A DNA stretch of 64,000 nucleotides from Balanoglossus misakiensis (Eukaryota; Animalia; Hemichordata): assembly GCA_040954595.2 (NCBI GenBank), contig CM082587.2, positions 2,447,000 to 2,510,999 of the forward strand, written 5' to 3'. Below are positions 50,701 through 63,000 of this stretch, one piece after another (the first letter of the stretch is position 1; each line of letters starts with the position of its first letter). The position numbers and the translations under genes are program-made. The notes below the pieces were generated by a model, which saw only the letters and a list, made by a program, of their open reading frames with translations, was not told the origin of the DNA and did no database searches.

Positions 50701-53700
50701 TAATCACACAGATAGTCTAATTTGCTGTCGGCGTTTTCACATATGAGATATTTAAGTTCTTTTTAGAATACCCAAATGCTTTGCAAAGTGCAAAAAGTAC
50801 ACTGGGTTTTAAGCAAACTTCCGCGGAAATATCATGACTTTGATATCCAGGGAGAATGGTAAACACAGATAGTTCGTGCGTCCTTGAGATTTGTGTCGTT
50901 TCTTATGTTAAATTAAATTACGTCCGGCAGAGAATGGAAAGGTTTTCAAAGAATGTCGATTTTAACTGGAAAAAAACCCGGAGGTGTAGTCTGCTGAAAT
51001 ACGAGCAGACGACACAGAGACAGCAGTGGAGTCTGTCTGGTCCGTGTCACAACTCTGATGCAGATTAACTTGAGAAAAGCAGTCGGTGTACGCTTATTTT
51101 GCCAAATAGACAGGAAGGATTTATGGAATAATCTTTACCTGAACTTGAGGCATGTTGACTATGTGATCCCACTGATTGATTTTAATAGTAGGCCGAAGGG
51201 GATACAAAATGCTGGCGTACTTCACGGGTCACGTGGTTTAATCGGATTTAAACGTTATCCCACCGGATACCGTTGCTTACGGTAAATTTTAACGGTAAAT
51301 GTATACAAAACTGTAATACAATATCAACCTGCGGCAACGACATGGTAAACAGTTTCTTGTGAATCCCACTTTTCAGGGAGTGTGTGTGTGTCTGACTGTA
51401 GGACTCTGCTCAGAATAACGAAGTGTCACAAACGATAAAATAGAAAGTTTCATTGTGGTTATACCCTACAACATCCTATGCATATCAATGCATAGATTTA
51501 TCACCATGCAGGATTGTATGATGACACTCAAAAAGTGTATTTCCCAATTGGTATACCGACTTCGGTAATTCTTCCGAAGATGGAAGTCCTTTCCCAAGAG
51601 GAGACTGCCCTCGCTGCCCCCAAAGTACTCCAGTTCGCGCCACTTGTACCTTAAGTAGCCGTCAGTCGAACGCACGTAGCCGCGAAACCACAGAGTTTTG
51701 ATTGGCACTGGGAGTCCGGGCGCCCAAAGTAATATGTAATCGACGGGCCGTACGCAAAACCGAAGCGAAAAGTGCGAACATGGAAGTCCCCTTGATAGGG
51801 TCGAGATTTACATCTCATCACTCAGTGTCAGGAAAATGGACTGGATGGATGTGTATGTGTATAAGCTGAAGCATATGCACTGCTGAAACAAAAAGTTAGC
51901 TGTCAGACCATGCTATCATTTTATCCACTTCTTCGTATTAAGTGATGAGAGTACACCTTAACAGCTGTGTGAATTGTGTAAACCGTTGGGAACAGTTGAA
52001 CGCAGAGCATTTCAACCAACTACTGTCGACGATGTTTCTGTTTTCCCCCAACTCCCAAGAAAGCCTGTGTTATCTAATAAGGGCAAAAGTCCTCACTTTG
52101 CTGTACTTTGAAAGCCCCCAGCCCGTACAACTCCCTTATTACAATCTTACAGGTGTTTTCATGCGCCCGTCGGATGCGTGATGTAAGAGGAAGTATGCTA
52201 CGATGCACCCTGTTGCAGTATGCCGGCGGCGTGGTGACGTCACGTTCGGTATGTCTCGCCATTTACGGGAAAATGGGCTGTTCAAACACAGACGGGCGAA
52301 TACTTGGTAACCCAAGAAAGACATACGGTCACTCCTTCTGTACCACAGCTTCTGTATTACACTCAATCAAAAGTGCGCTCCGGTATTCTATGCGTGCTCT
52401 ATGGTTACCATGGAGAATGATGCGTGGAGTTTACTCGACAGCGTGGGCCTATCAAAATCCGCCGTTTAACTTACATCACCAGACTGCAGCGTTAAAACTA
52501 CATGTATTTGTGATTTCAATCAATTACTTATGGGATGAAAAAAGTCTTGTCAGGTACACTGAATGCCAAACCATTCGTTCTGGCCTGTCAATCAAAGTGA
52601 GTGACGTCTGCAACCCGTCAGCCACGCTTTAACTCCCGGAAAATCCAGTCAGTTGTTTAAATGAAAGTTTACGCTTCGCATGAAACCGTAGCATTAGCAA
52701 ACACAGTCTTAATGAAAGCCCCTCGTGCGATAAAAATCACCCACACTCCATGAATAGCAACGGTTGTTGAAGGAGCTGGTCTTCTTGCTTTAAATGCTGA
52801 GAGGAGAAGGCGAGCGCGGGATGGGCTTTGAAAACTGTCATGAATTCCCAGCATGAGTAATTTTCATCGCAGTCCTTGCACCTTGCATGTAGACAAGGTT
52901 GTTTTGAAATATCGAGTTATCTTCAGACAAATTTTTCTAATGCCTGAAACCACTTATGTAATTACAGATATTCAACATGCAATAAATAACCGCGGCATTT
53001 CTGCAAGCAGCTTTAATTTGCGTCTGAATTCACTCTGTGTCTGCCGCGTAAATTCGACGGCTTTTCTGCTGAGGAGTACATCTGTAGATCAAGGTCCTCA
53101 CTAATTTTGCCGGCCTCGCTTGCAATAGTTAGATCGGAATATATCTGCCAGCCGCGCGGGTCAGATGGCGGTTACGCCGCCATCTTTGTCTGCCAGTCTG
53201 TGTGTCTCTTTACTGATTGTACGCAAACCACTGTTGTCTGCGGTACAAACGAAGGTATATCGATTCAAACCTGATACATAATATGGCCATAATTGAGTTT
53301 TATTTTTCAATTCTGATCGCAATCTTCTACGTGTTGTGTAATCTATGGGCTATATCAATAAGAATTTAATGAATAGACGCCCTGTATACATTGCGCAGAT
53401 GAATGCATTATTGATTGTACTTTTGTGCTTATTCCAATTTTTCACGAAGGAGGACTGTGTTAGCTATCTTTGTGAAACGGAAATATAGAGAAATGCTGAA
53501 ACAACCATAGAGTCGAGAGAACAGCGATCTTAGAGCACAGATTTTATATATATTCAGGGGGGGGGGGCAGATATGGGGTCGGGTGGAATGGGGGCACAAC
53601 ATGACAGTTTTCATTGCTACCATTCTGTCAAGTGACATGCCTCAATTTCATTCTTGTTTCCGAAGGTGTAACTCAATGGCCGGCTGGAAACTATGCACTA

Positions 53701-56029
53701 CTCAGACCTCAGACTGGGTGCCCTGGTAAGTGAATTATGCAGACGCTAGAACGCTACAGTGAACATATTCATCGACCTCGCAGTCTGTATGAGCCTGTGT
53801 TTGCTTAGAAGTTCAAAGGAACAAAGAGATGCCTCGAATGTACACAGCAGCGTACTTTTTTTTTCTCTGTTGACATTTTAAACAAATATCGAGATATCAC
53901 TCAAAAGCATAGCACAGTGCAGGCGTTGAGACTTACATCTGTCAGCTTACATGTAGACATGCAAAATTCATGAATGGGTGATATGATGCTTATAGCACTG
54001 TCAGATTTGTATGATTTTCCTTTATTCGATCAATGTAGTGTATTATAATATATATTCTTTACATGAATATTCATGCAGTAATATTATTTCTTTATGGCCC
54101 ATTTGTTCTGCTTCAGGTCCGTCAGAAATGTGGCAGACGACATCAATTTATCTAAACCTAACGGCTTCGATGAAAGACACGGACAATGTTTTTTCTGTTG
54201 GAAGTGAAACGCACTTATCGTTTGAATATCACACTAATTACCTCCGAATAGACGTTTGTAGTAAAATTTTGGACAATTTTTATACGGGCTATAATTGGGG
54301 GAGGTCAACAAACTGGCCCGCGGGAAGATATTGTGTTTTGAATGCCGAGGAATCAGACGATATGGAAATGGCGCCAATCGGTGATCTTGAGGGGTCAAAA
54401 AACATCAGCAGGTACACCGCATTGCCTACTGCGCATGGGCGTCGATGCCCGGACGGCTTTCAGCAAGGTAGGCCTCCATTTTGTTGATCACGTTGCCGTG
54501 ACTTGAAAACGGCAATTACAACCAAATCATTATTAGTATTCTTATATTATTATTCTTCTCAGCATCAGCAAGAGTATCATCTTTAATGTGTCCCTTATAT
54601 TTTAATTTAATCGATCGTATTTGTTAAATGTATACATCAGTTTGGGTTATCGTTCATCCTACACGTTTTACAGGATCGTCGCCATGGCCATTTCAGCTCT
54701 CGTCATATGGGCATGTGGACGACGTGACGGGGTCTTTTTCCTGTTGCCGAGATACCGGAATGTACGATGGGACCATCACACTTCCCACTCGGAATCCATT
54801 TTATTTGCTTCGACGAGGGAGTGACTGCCAAGAGGTGAAAGGAATGTCTGCGTCGACTGAATTCTTAGAGTGGAGGGAGCAGACGACAAAAAGTGGCGAA
54901 ATGAGCGACCTTCACCCTGCCAACGTAGAGGGCGGACAGGAATATTTTTGCTACTACACGCCGATATTCCCCATTCCAAAAGGTAACACATTTTGATCAC
55001 CACTGTAAGAATTCCACCCGATTTAGTGACGACCGCATAAAATTTGAAGTAATGAAAATTTCGTGTCGTCTCTGGCGTCATTGTGAATTAACGATGTTGA
55101 CCGTGGCGTCAGACTTTAATCAGTGTCTGTTCTTTAACGTTGATCAGAAACTCATGTCCACCATTTTTGATCTACTGTGTACTTTGGCCAAGAAGATTAC
55201 ATATCTTTGTTATTTTTAACCCGTCTTGTACTCTTTATTTAGAACTTGAAGTCAGCTACACCATCCAACTGGGCGCCGCCAGTCGTAACATAAGCGTCAA
55301 CAAAACGTCTGGCGTATCTCAAGGTATGGTCTCTTCAGTTAGTTTTGTACAAGATCTTCCGACTGTCACGTGCTTTACACACGACTTCCGTTTTGGCCGT
55401 GAGTGCATGTCGCTGATTTTGACGCCATTTTGTTTCCTGTTTCAGATCTGCCGCCGCCGCCAGACTTCACCAAAATCAAAATAGCCGTCGGCGTCGTTGT
55501 CCTGGGAACGCCAAGTGTAACACTGCTCGTTCTCTGTATTTGCCGAGCCAGAAATATACACGTCAAAAGAAAAATGCTGCGACGAGACAGTTACAGGTGA
55601 GAGGGGGAACATTTCCAGAGAAATGTGTTTTGTTTCCATCTAACGATATCTAGGCTTCGTGATCCATTTGAATGACACTTTCGTTTTCCCGACAGGATGA
55701 CGTCATTCACCTATCAATCGTCCTTCACAACGAGGCGATATTCAAATTCGTCGCCGCCATCTTCTGACGCCGTCGATAAACCGCAGAAAGAATACACTTA
55801 TAAAGTAAGTGGGCTAGTATTTCTTTCGCCTGCATTAATGGTCACAATTTGAGAGGTCATGGAAAACTTGAACTGGACAGTGTGAATGAATTTCTTTAAG
55901 ATCACCCTATACGAACTTATCACGCTATCTTAAACCTGACCTATATTCTCATTATCGATTTCTTGGTGCATCCAGTTTCAGAACCACAGACTTGGAGTCA
56001 GGAATTCAGCTTTGCGGTGCGAAGTATAG
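44724..56029 (+). CDS. Type I single-pass membrane protein with an apextrin C-terminal (ApeC) ectodomain, ~391 aa, 8 coding exons
   Basis: Exons: 44724-44784 (signal peptide MEYDNFLLLGIISVLWSLVSG), 53666-53725 (WPAGNYALLRPQTGCP), 54117-54467 (CSK..WPAGRYCV..CPDGF), 54674-54982 (CCRD.G..ITLPTRNPFYL..CQEVKGM..FCYY), 55243-55323, 55446-55596 (TM IAVGVVVLGTPSVTLLVLCIC plus basic stop-transfer residues), 55696-55804, 55976-56029 (1176 nt, phases consistent). There are eight ApeC-pattern cysteines. Joining exon 1 across an 8.9-kb intron is inferred from phase and signal-peptide character. Confidence 0.8.
47916..47951. repeat. Perfect 18-bp tandem duplication
   Basis: tttcacgtcccttttagc x2. Confidence 0.9.
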
Positions 56030-56858
56030 AGAATAGTTCTGAATAGCGTCGACAAGGTCGCCCTCTAGGCAGACAGGAGACAACGTGCCTGTGGAGTGTA
56101 CTTTATACAGTTCACGATTAGTGTGGACAATTTATGTTCTTGGTCGTGACGATGATGGACAGTTCATTGGTCAATACAAGATTGGATTGACCTTCGGTGA
56201 AATATTTTGCTTTGTAAAAAGGTACTCTTATTCATTCTGCATATGACATTGAACATCACCAAGTTTACTGTCTGAGCGCCGGGGAACACAGTTTAATTGA
56301 CATTCTCATCAAATGCAATATTATGACGTCATTCTCCCGGGTTGAATACGACACTCCTGATTGGCCAAATCCGTTTGGAATGAGGATAGTGAGCAGTCTG
56401 GGCGTGGCTCCGGCTCCGTACTGCGCCCTCTATCTATTGATTCTTCTTTTGCTTGAAAAAGTAACATGAACGATGTACAAAAAACTCTACGAGAAATAAC
56501 CATGGGACCACAGTTACCGGTTTTGAAACTGTTTTAAAGCTTTGAACATAAGATTTATTTATAGCCAAGAAGAAGTATTAGTTCGTCGACACAGAATTTT
56601 GTAGTAGGAAAATAGGCCTAATTTTCTACATTAAAGTTTTTTATTATGTATGTCGCAGATCAAAGCATGATCAGGCTACAGTGAACCCGGCTCTGAAAAT
56701 ACGGAGCAGTTATTGTCTCTACCCCTTTCCTGCTTTATTGCTTGATAAAATTTCAAAGAGTATATAGGATTGTCAAAGTCAGTTTGTGAAGAACTTATCG
56801 TACTCTTAGAAGAATTATTTCCAGAAATTTTTGCATATTCTCCATCATTATGGTTATA

Positions 56859-56984
56859 TTAAGGTGTACGTGCAGTTTCACAATTTTTCTATATGGGGCA
56901 TACATGTTAAAGCCTGAACTGATAAAAAACCCGCAGTATGCTAACCTTTTACACCCTATAATGTTGTGTTAGTGAACACCTTAA
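56859..56984. mobile_element. Small TTAA-flanked MITE (Kolobok-like)
   Basis: Left end TTAAggtgtacgt; right end agtgaacaccTTAA (reverse complement ttaaggtgttcact). Confidence 0.55.
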
Positions 56985-57175
56985 TCAAAATGCATACTTT
57001 TCGGATCGTTCTGTGTTTCTAAGTGAAAAAGAAAAAGAAAAAAATGGACATTGTAGTTATTACAAATTACAGAATGAGAGTTATGGCGAAATAATAATCA
57101 TACCAGTTCCAAATAAAGACACCAAGCTAATTTTGGCGCTGTTTTCATGCCATGACATGAGTCCACGCATCGTTA

Positions 57176-57597
57176 GTTACCGTAGCAACGGGTTGTATGC
57201 AAGCAGGCTGAAATACTCTAGCGCCCCCAACGTTACGGAAGACAGACTTCAACTTTGACCTGGCAGAAATGTAAATTGACCTCCACAGACGCAGAGTTGG
57301 TTAACACAGCTGAAACATATGAAACAACTGCTGTCGGTATCGTCGAATTGATACAGATTAACCGACCCATTTTAATACCAAGATTTTACGGAGACGAGAA
57401 CGTTCACATCCCCCTGCTCTCGTTTAGCGACGTGCGCATGGTCCGTGGCAGCGGCCGTGTTGGGTCAGCTGATTGTCAGCTGACTCAGTCACCTGCTTCT
57501 TACCGTATAATACTGAATGGGTGTTCTTCACGAGTGGCCGTGCCGTGAAGACGGTTTTATTGGTTTCCGTTCCCTGTTTAATCGTGATGACTCACAG
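57176..57597 (+). promoter_or_regulatory. Probable SLC16 promoter and non-coding first exon, with an RFX X-box and a CTCF-like site
   Basis: GTTACCGTAGCAAC (57176-57189), tagcgcccccaacg (57219-57232), AP-1 TGACTCA (57481 and 57588), donor CAG|GTAGGT at 57597 and acceptor ttcAG at 57913. Confidence 0.45.
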
Positions 57598-57936
57598 GTA
57601 GGTTTCATAAATGCATAATTCGCCTTTGTGATATGTTTATAAAGTTTGTTATTCTTTTTCTTGCGCACCGTGTGTGTGTACGTGTGGCTGCAAGGACGTT
57701 CCACTGTGTTGGAAGTCTATTGTAGGCCTATCCGTTCCATAACGTACATTTGTAATACACACAGCTGAAATACCGGGTATAAGTAGGGTTTACACACATC
57801 TGAAAAATATATATGTGAGCTGCATATACGCGAAATATTTGTTAGTGTGCCAAGAAAAACTTAACCATATAAATGACCTGCAACTTAACCTTCCTCGTTC
57901 GTTTTTAATTCAGGAGTAAAACACTGAACCTTGACC

Positions 57937-60020
57937 ATGACTCGACACAAATCCACATCGGCAACTCAGCGAATATACCAAGATCCTCCCGATGGTGGTT
58001 GGGGCTGGATGGTGGTCATTGCGGGACTCGTAGTCTTGTTTATCGTCAGGGGAATTCAAAATTCCGTAGGAATTTTCTTCCCAGTTCTACTCAACTACTT
58101 TGGTGAGGGCGCTGGTGCGACTGCCTGGATGGCGACTTGTGTGACGGCGATGAGTTTACTATCTGGTAGGGTGAAATGTTGATTCTCGCTGTTACAAGTT
58201 ATATCTCCCCCTAACACCGTCCGAGTTGTAGCAAAAAACTTACACTTTCACACCAAAAGACAATCAACTCAAACACGCAAGTAATAGTGTTTCTAGTGTA
58301 ATATCAGCTTCAGATAACCTTACGCACTCACGAAACTTCAATTATGTCAACAGGTCCTTTTGCAGCGGCCCTGAGTAAACGTTTCAGTCACCGTACAGTT
58401 GTGATATCAGGTGGACTGCTCGCTGCTGCTTCCTTGTCAATCACATATTTCGCTCCAAATGTCATGTTCATCTCCGTGACCTACGGTGTATTTACAGGTA
58501 ATATAAATATTCTGTCTTCAGTCTGCAATGAAACATAGCTTCATTCCTAAAAGTTTCAAGCTTCGTGTTACAAGAACCACAGTGTATTTCTTTTCCAAAT
58601 ATCAACTGTTTCTCCAGGCGAATATTTTCATTACGTAGTGATATGTTTTCTTTCGTCATGTCAGGCGTTGCTTTCGGTCTGTCGCGCATTCCGACTGTGG
58701 CCATGGCGGGGCGCTATTTCAAGAAACGCCATGCAATCGCCAGTGGATGTACCGTGATCGGTTCAGGCAGTGGATCTTTCCTGATGCCGCCGCTTGCTGG
58801 CTACCTCATCGACCATTACGGCTGGCGTGGAAGTTTCCTGGTGATAGGCGGTATAGCCTCCCACATTTGCGTCGCCGGCGCACTGTTGCGACCTATCTAT
58901 ATAAAAGGCGATATCGAGGATGACGATTTAATGGACTCCAAAGAAAGTGTCGAAAAGGTCGTTCACCAAGGAAAACCAGATGGGTCTGTAGTCTCACCTC
59001 GCCAGAAATGCATGCGGTGCTCCAAGTGTCTCTCAGGGATTGTCTCATATTTCGATCTGAGTCTCTTCAAGAATAGTATGTACGTCATTATGCTGACTGC
59101 TTATCTTTTCTTCGGCTTTGGAATGAACATCCAGCTTGTTCACATAGTCAACAGAGCCCTAATCGTAGGCGTTTCCAGCACCCAGGCTCCGCTCATCATC
59201 TCAGCGTTTGGGGTCTGTCTCATGACGGCTGGTCTCCTTCAGGGATTTGTCGTCGATCTGCTCCATCTCTCCAAGTGTCGATGCATCGGGGTCGTCATAG
59301 TGGGGCACGGCCTGAGCGGCATAGCCTTAGCATTTACATATAACTACATAGCCATGTGCGTACTCATGGCGGCGATGGGGCTGTGCAGGGGCGTCTTCGC
59401 TGGCCTAAACTCAGTGACAATGCGCATCATCGCCGGAGATGCGAAATTTACGGGGGCCTACGGGATGTCCACCGCTTTTATTGGTGCGGGACAGCTGATT
59501 GGTCCCGTTGTTGCAGGTGAGTGCACCTGTGCGTAGGCTGTCGTGAGTGGCACTTTGACGATAAACTGTGTAAAAAGTACACGACACATGAAGAACCCGC
59601 GATTCTGGTATTCGAAAAATGAAGTTATATATAAGATATAGGTAGTCTTATGTCCTGTTCAACAAATTTGATATCTATGACACCATCGCTGTGTTTTTTT
59701 CTCCAATGCTAGGGTACATGTACGATTACACCCAGGATTACACATATCCGTTCCTCATGGGAGGAACAAGTGTCCTTGCTGGCGGAGTTCTCGTGCTTGT
59801 TGGTAATTTTGTGCGTGAAAGATCAAGATCCAAGGCGAAACAGCGCCATGAGCGTGAAGACTCGCCAGATCTAGAAGAATCGAACGGCGACCGACAGATG
59901 GCGAGAGGAGAATGTCTAAGGACACGAGACGCCTCAGATGTCGAGCTGATTCTTCTACCACGCCGCAGCAGACATAAAGACCATGACTGTGTCTCCTCTG
60001 AACAACAGTCAACAGTGTAA
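57937..60020 (+). CDS. SLC16 / monocarboxylate transporter family protein (MFS; MCT12/14/9-like), ~510 aa, 4 coding exons
   Basis: Exons 57937-58165, 58354-58497, 58665-59516 and 59713-60020 (1533 nt). Signature PPDGGWGWMVV, YFKKRHAIASG, YGWRGSFLVIGG, GALLRP and GPVVAGYMYDYTQDY. AATAAA at 60239. Confidence 0.93.
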
Positions 60021-63000
60021 TACATGTCAATTGGCAACCGTCCTTTCCTGTGCTTAACACAAGCACAATTTATCAGACAGGAGAAGATATCATATTCATG
60101 GATGATGTTCTCTATACATTTAACACGTGCCATGAATATGCAGATATGGTAGCTCGTTCAGCGAAAATTAGTAATCCATGCTGTTACGCAGATTTAAAGG
60201 TTTGACTTTAAACATAGTTTAATGTTTTTAGAGATTTTAATAAAAATACACCATATTTCGAGTAATATGGTATAATAAGGCCACAATTCCAAAACCAAGG
60301 AGAGGGGCAGTTAATATCGCAATACGGTTATCCAGTCATACCAATGCTGAATGTAGAGCAATGAGGTTGATATCCATATCTGGATGAGACACTGATCTAT
60401 ATTTCCGCGCTTTGAACTGGATTTAAAAAGAAGACATAAAGTACATCTTTTGTGAGTTTCGAATAACCGACGGGTATTCTGATCCTTTTCACGTCCCACG
60501 TTCTCATTTTTCTTGCTTTCGCGGATCGCGGTGGTGAACAAAATATCAAGCCCACTCCACGATTTTGGGACCACACGTGGATGCCCATATTCCCTACAAG
60601 TGCACCCTTGGGCCAAAGATTGTGCCAATAATAAAAACGTACCAGATTTGTACGCGTGCGCATTGGGCATTGCTGAGATGTGAAATGAATGTCGGGAAGT
60701 ATCTCTATGTGTTGTAAGGAGTGCAATATGCCATATAGTGGTCTTTCTATCCAAATTTACAGTCATTGTCTGTTGGGTGAATTCTGTTATGAAATATTCT
60801 CTAAAAAGAGTGGATCTTTGCAGAAAAAAAAGCCGCGTGACGTACATACACCTTATTAGGATGATCATGTTTCTGTGGGGTTGTTAAACTCCCTGATTAG
60901 CGTTGCCATGGCCACAGTTCGGCACGCGTTGTCAGATGTAGCTACCGCAATTCAATTACCACCCCAATCTAGATAAAAATCAAACAGACTTTAATTTCTC
61001 TTTAAGGATTTGATTACAATCGCATCTGCCACACGAACGCGTATATAAGTTAATCGATGGCCTTATCGAACGCGCTTGTTATTGATATAATCGGAGAGAT
61101 GTTATATATTTGTCGCGGACCGGTCACGTTTCCTAGGCAACGTTGCTCTGTGAGAAGACAGGCATTTTCGGTCATTAAATCGGTAACTGAGACATTTCGC
61201 CACTTGTGTGTGTGTAGACATCCCACAGAGGGAAAATAGAGACATAACGTCATTGACGAGGTAATATCCCTGATACACCGAATCTCGGACACCGTTTCAA
61301 TCATCCGCGTCTTCAAATTGCAGAACTCCCGCACATCTGTTCATACATAGCGACCCCGCCCTTAGAATAATTCACCAATCAAAACCGGTCAACACAGGAG
61401 CGTATGTCACCTGAAAGGTGATTGGGTAGTCTGTTAATGGCGTCATGCATAAAGGATCTCATTAGTGTTCTTTTGGGGGGTGAGTGGGGGTGAAAACGCC
61501 ATTGTACACTTTTTTCATCGGAGACTTTTTAAAGTTGCATGCGTGTCTGAGACAGAGAATCTTCATCGACAGACTGGCTAGGCCTCAGACAATTACTGCA
61601 AAGGGTACAGTCGAGACGTGTTACGCCTGTTCAAGTCAATTACTACCGGCCAGTGGGCGCCTTTTTCAAACTCACAATCAGTACAACACAAACATTTGCC
61701 TCTGCTTGCTGACGCTATTTCACCAGCAGCAGCGACAACAACGAGCGTGTCTTGTCGTATTGTTGGTTAAACGGCTCACCGGCCCTGTCACTTCTTTCTC
61801 CCGTCAACGGAAGCGTACGTGTAGATCCAAGAACTGCACACGCCTTGGTAAGCTAATCCGATACCATACCTGCTCGTTTGTGTGTACTCAGACGAAATGC
61901 AATTTTCTTCAGCGAGCTTTAATAGTTATCAGACCCGACAAGCTCACCCGTCAGCGGCAAACGTGTGACCGTCGAAAGGACTTTTTATAAGGTCGTGCCT
62001 GAGATTGTTAACTTGTACGCCTTCAGAGTTTAATACCGCGTCCGGACTTCTTTGCCTGATTCGGCTTTCACAGAAGACGCGCACAGATAAAGCATCGCAG
62101 GAATTTCATTGTGAGAGACTTTACCGACCGCAGTTCAACTGCACTCTGAGACGCAGCAAACATTTTCCATGCCTTCGGGTAAAACCATACAAAAAACCTT
62201 CCGGGAACACTAGTACGTTATCAGACAATCGAATTCGCCGCCGGTTCGTCGACATAAACAGAAACGGTCTCTGGTGACTGCGAATAGACAGTCATCACCG
62301 ATGCTATCCGTGAACGAAACGCACAAATACGGTCCCGCTTAATCACGCGAAGCTAACTTCGAAGGCGGCCATACCCGCCTACAGCTCCGGCGATTTGTCG
62401 TCCTCAGCACGATTCCGAGCGAAATAGCCCGTGAGGTCAGAGAAAAGTTTGAGCATCAGTCTCGGGTATAATGGAGAGATACATCGGAGTATCCATCGTT
62501 ACCTTTGTTTGGATGATGTCGTCTTTTTTGGGTGAGTAACTCATGTGTACATGGAGTTTGTTTTATGCAATTGTCTATCTAGCGCCGAACCCAAGGTTTC
62601 TTCCAAGCTCATTACACCCCAATGCATACTGTCCCAGAGCATAGTTACGTACGGTTGTTGTATATGGATTACCATGGCCAACTGAGATATATTCATTGAC
62701 AAAGAACCATTGGCGTTGCCAGTCATTAAAGAGGCGAGGATATTTTAGTCAATACGGTATGGTTTCACGATTCCTTTCAAATTTTAATTTTGATCATTCA
62801 ATGTCAGGAATCAAAGAAGAAACCCCGGCCATTCTCTACCCTGTCCCACTAACAGAAAACATAGAAAAACACACATATGTCGCATGGTAATTTGTCGTAG
62901 GCTATCCGGAGATTATTCTCTGTTTAATATCACCTGAGAATCTTCAAATGACAGCAACAGAACATGTGGCCACCGCATGCGGAGATCTTGTCCAATTTGC

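Noticed and set aside
51466-52632. 80-aa (-) and 174-aa (+) ORFs inside the ApeC gene's first intron
   Set aside because: No recognisable domain or convincing paired splice sites; consistent with chance ORFs.
60311-61990. 185-aa (-) and 168-aa (+) ORFs downstream of SLC16
   Set aside because: No recognisable family, atypical composition and no exon structure.
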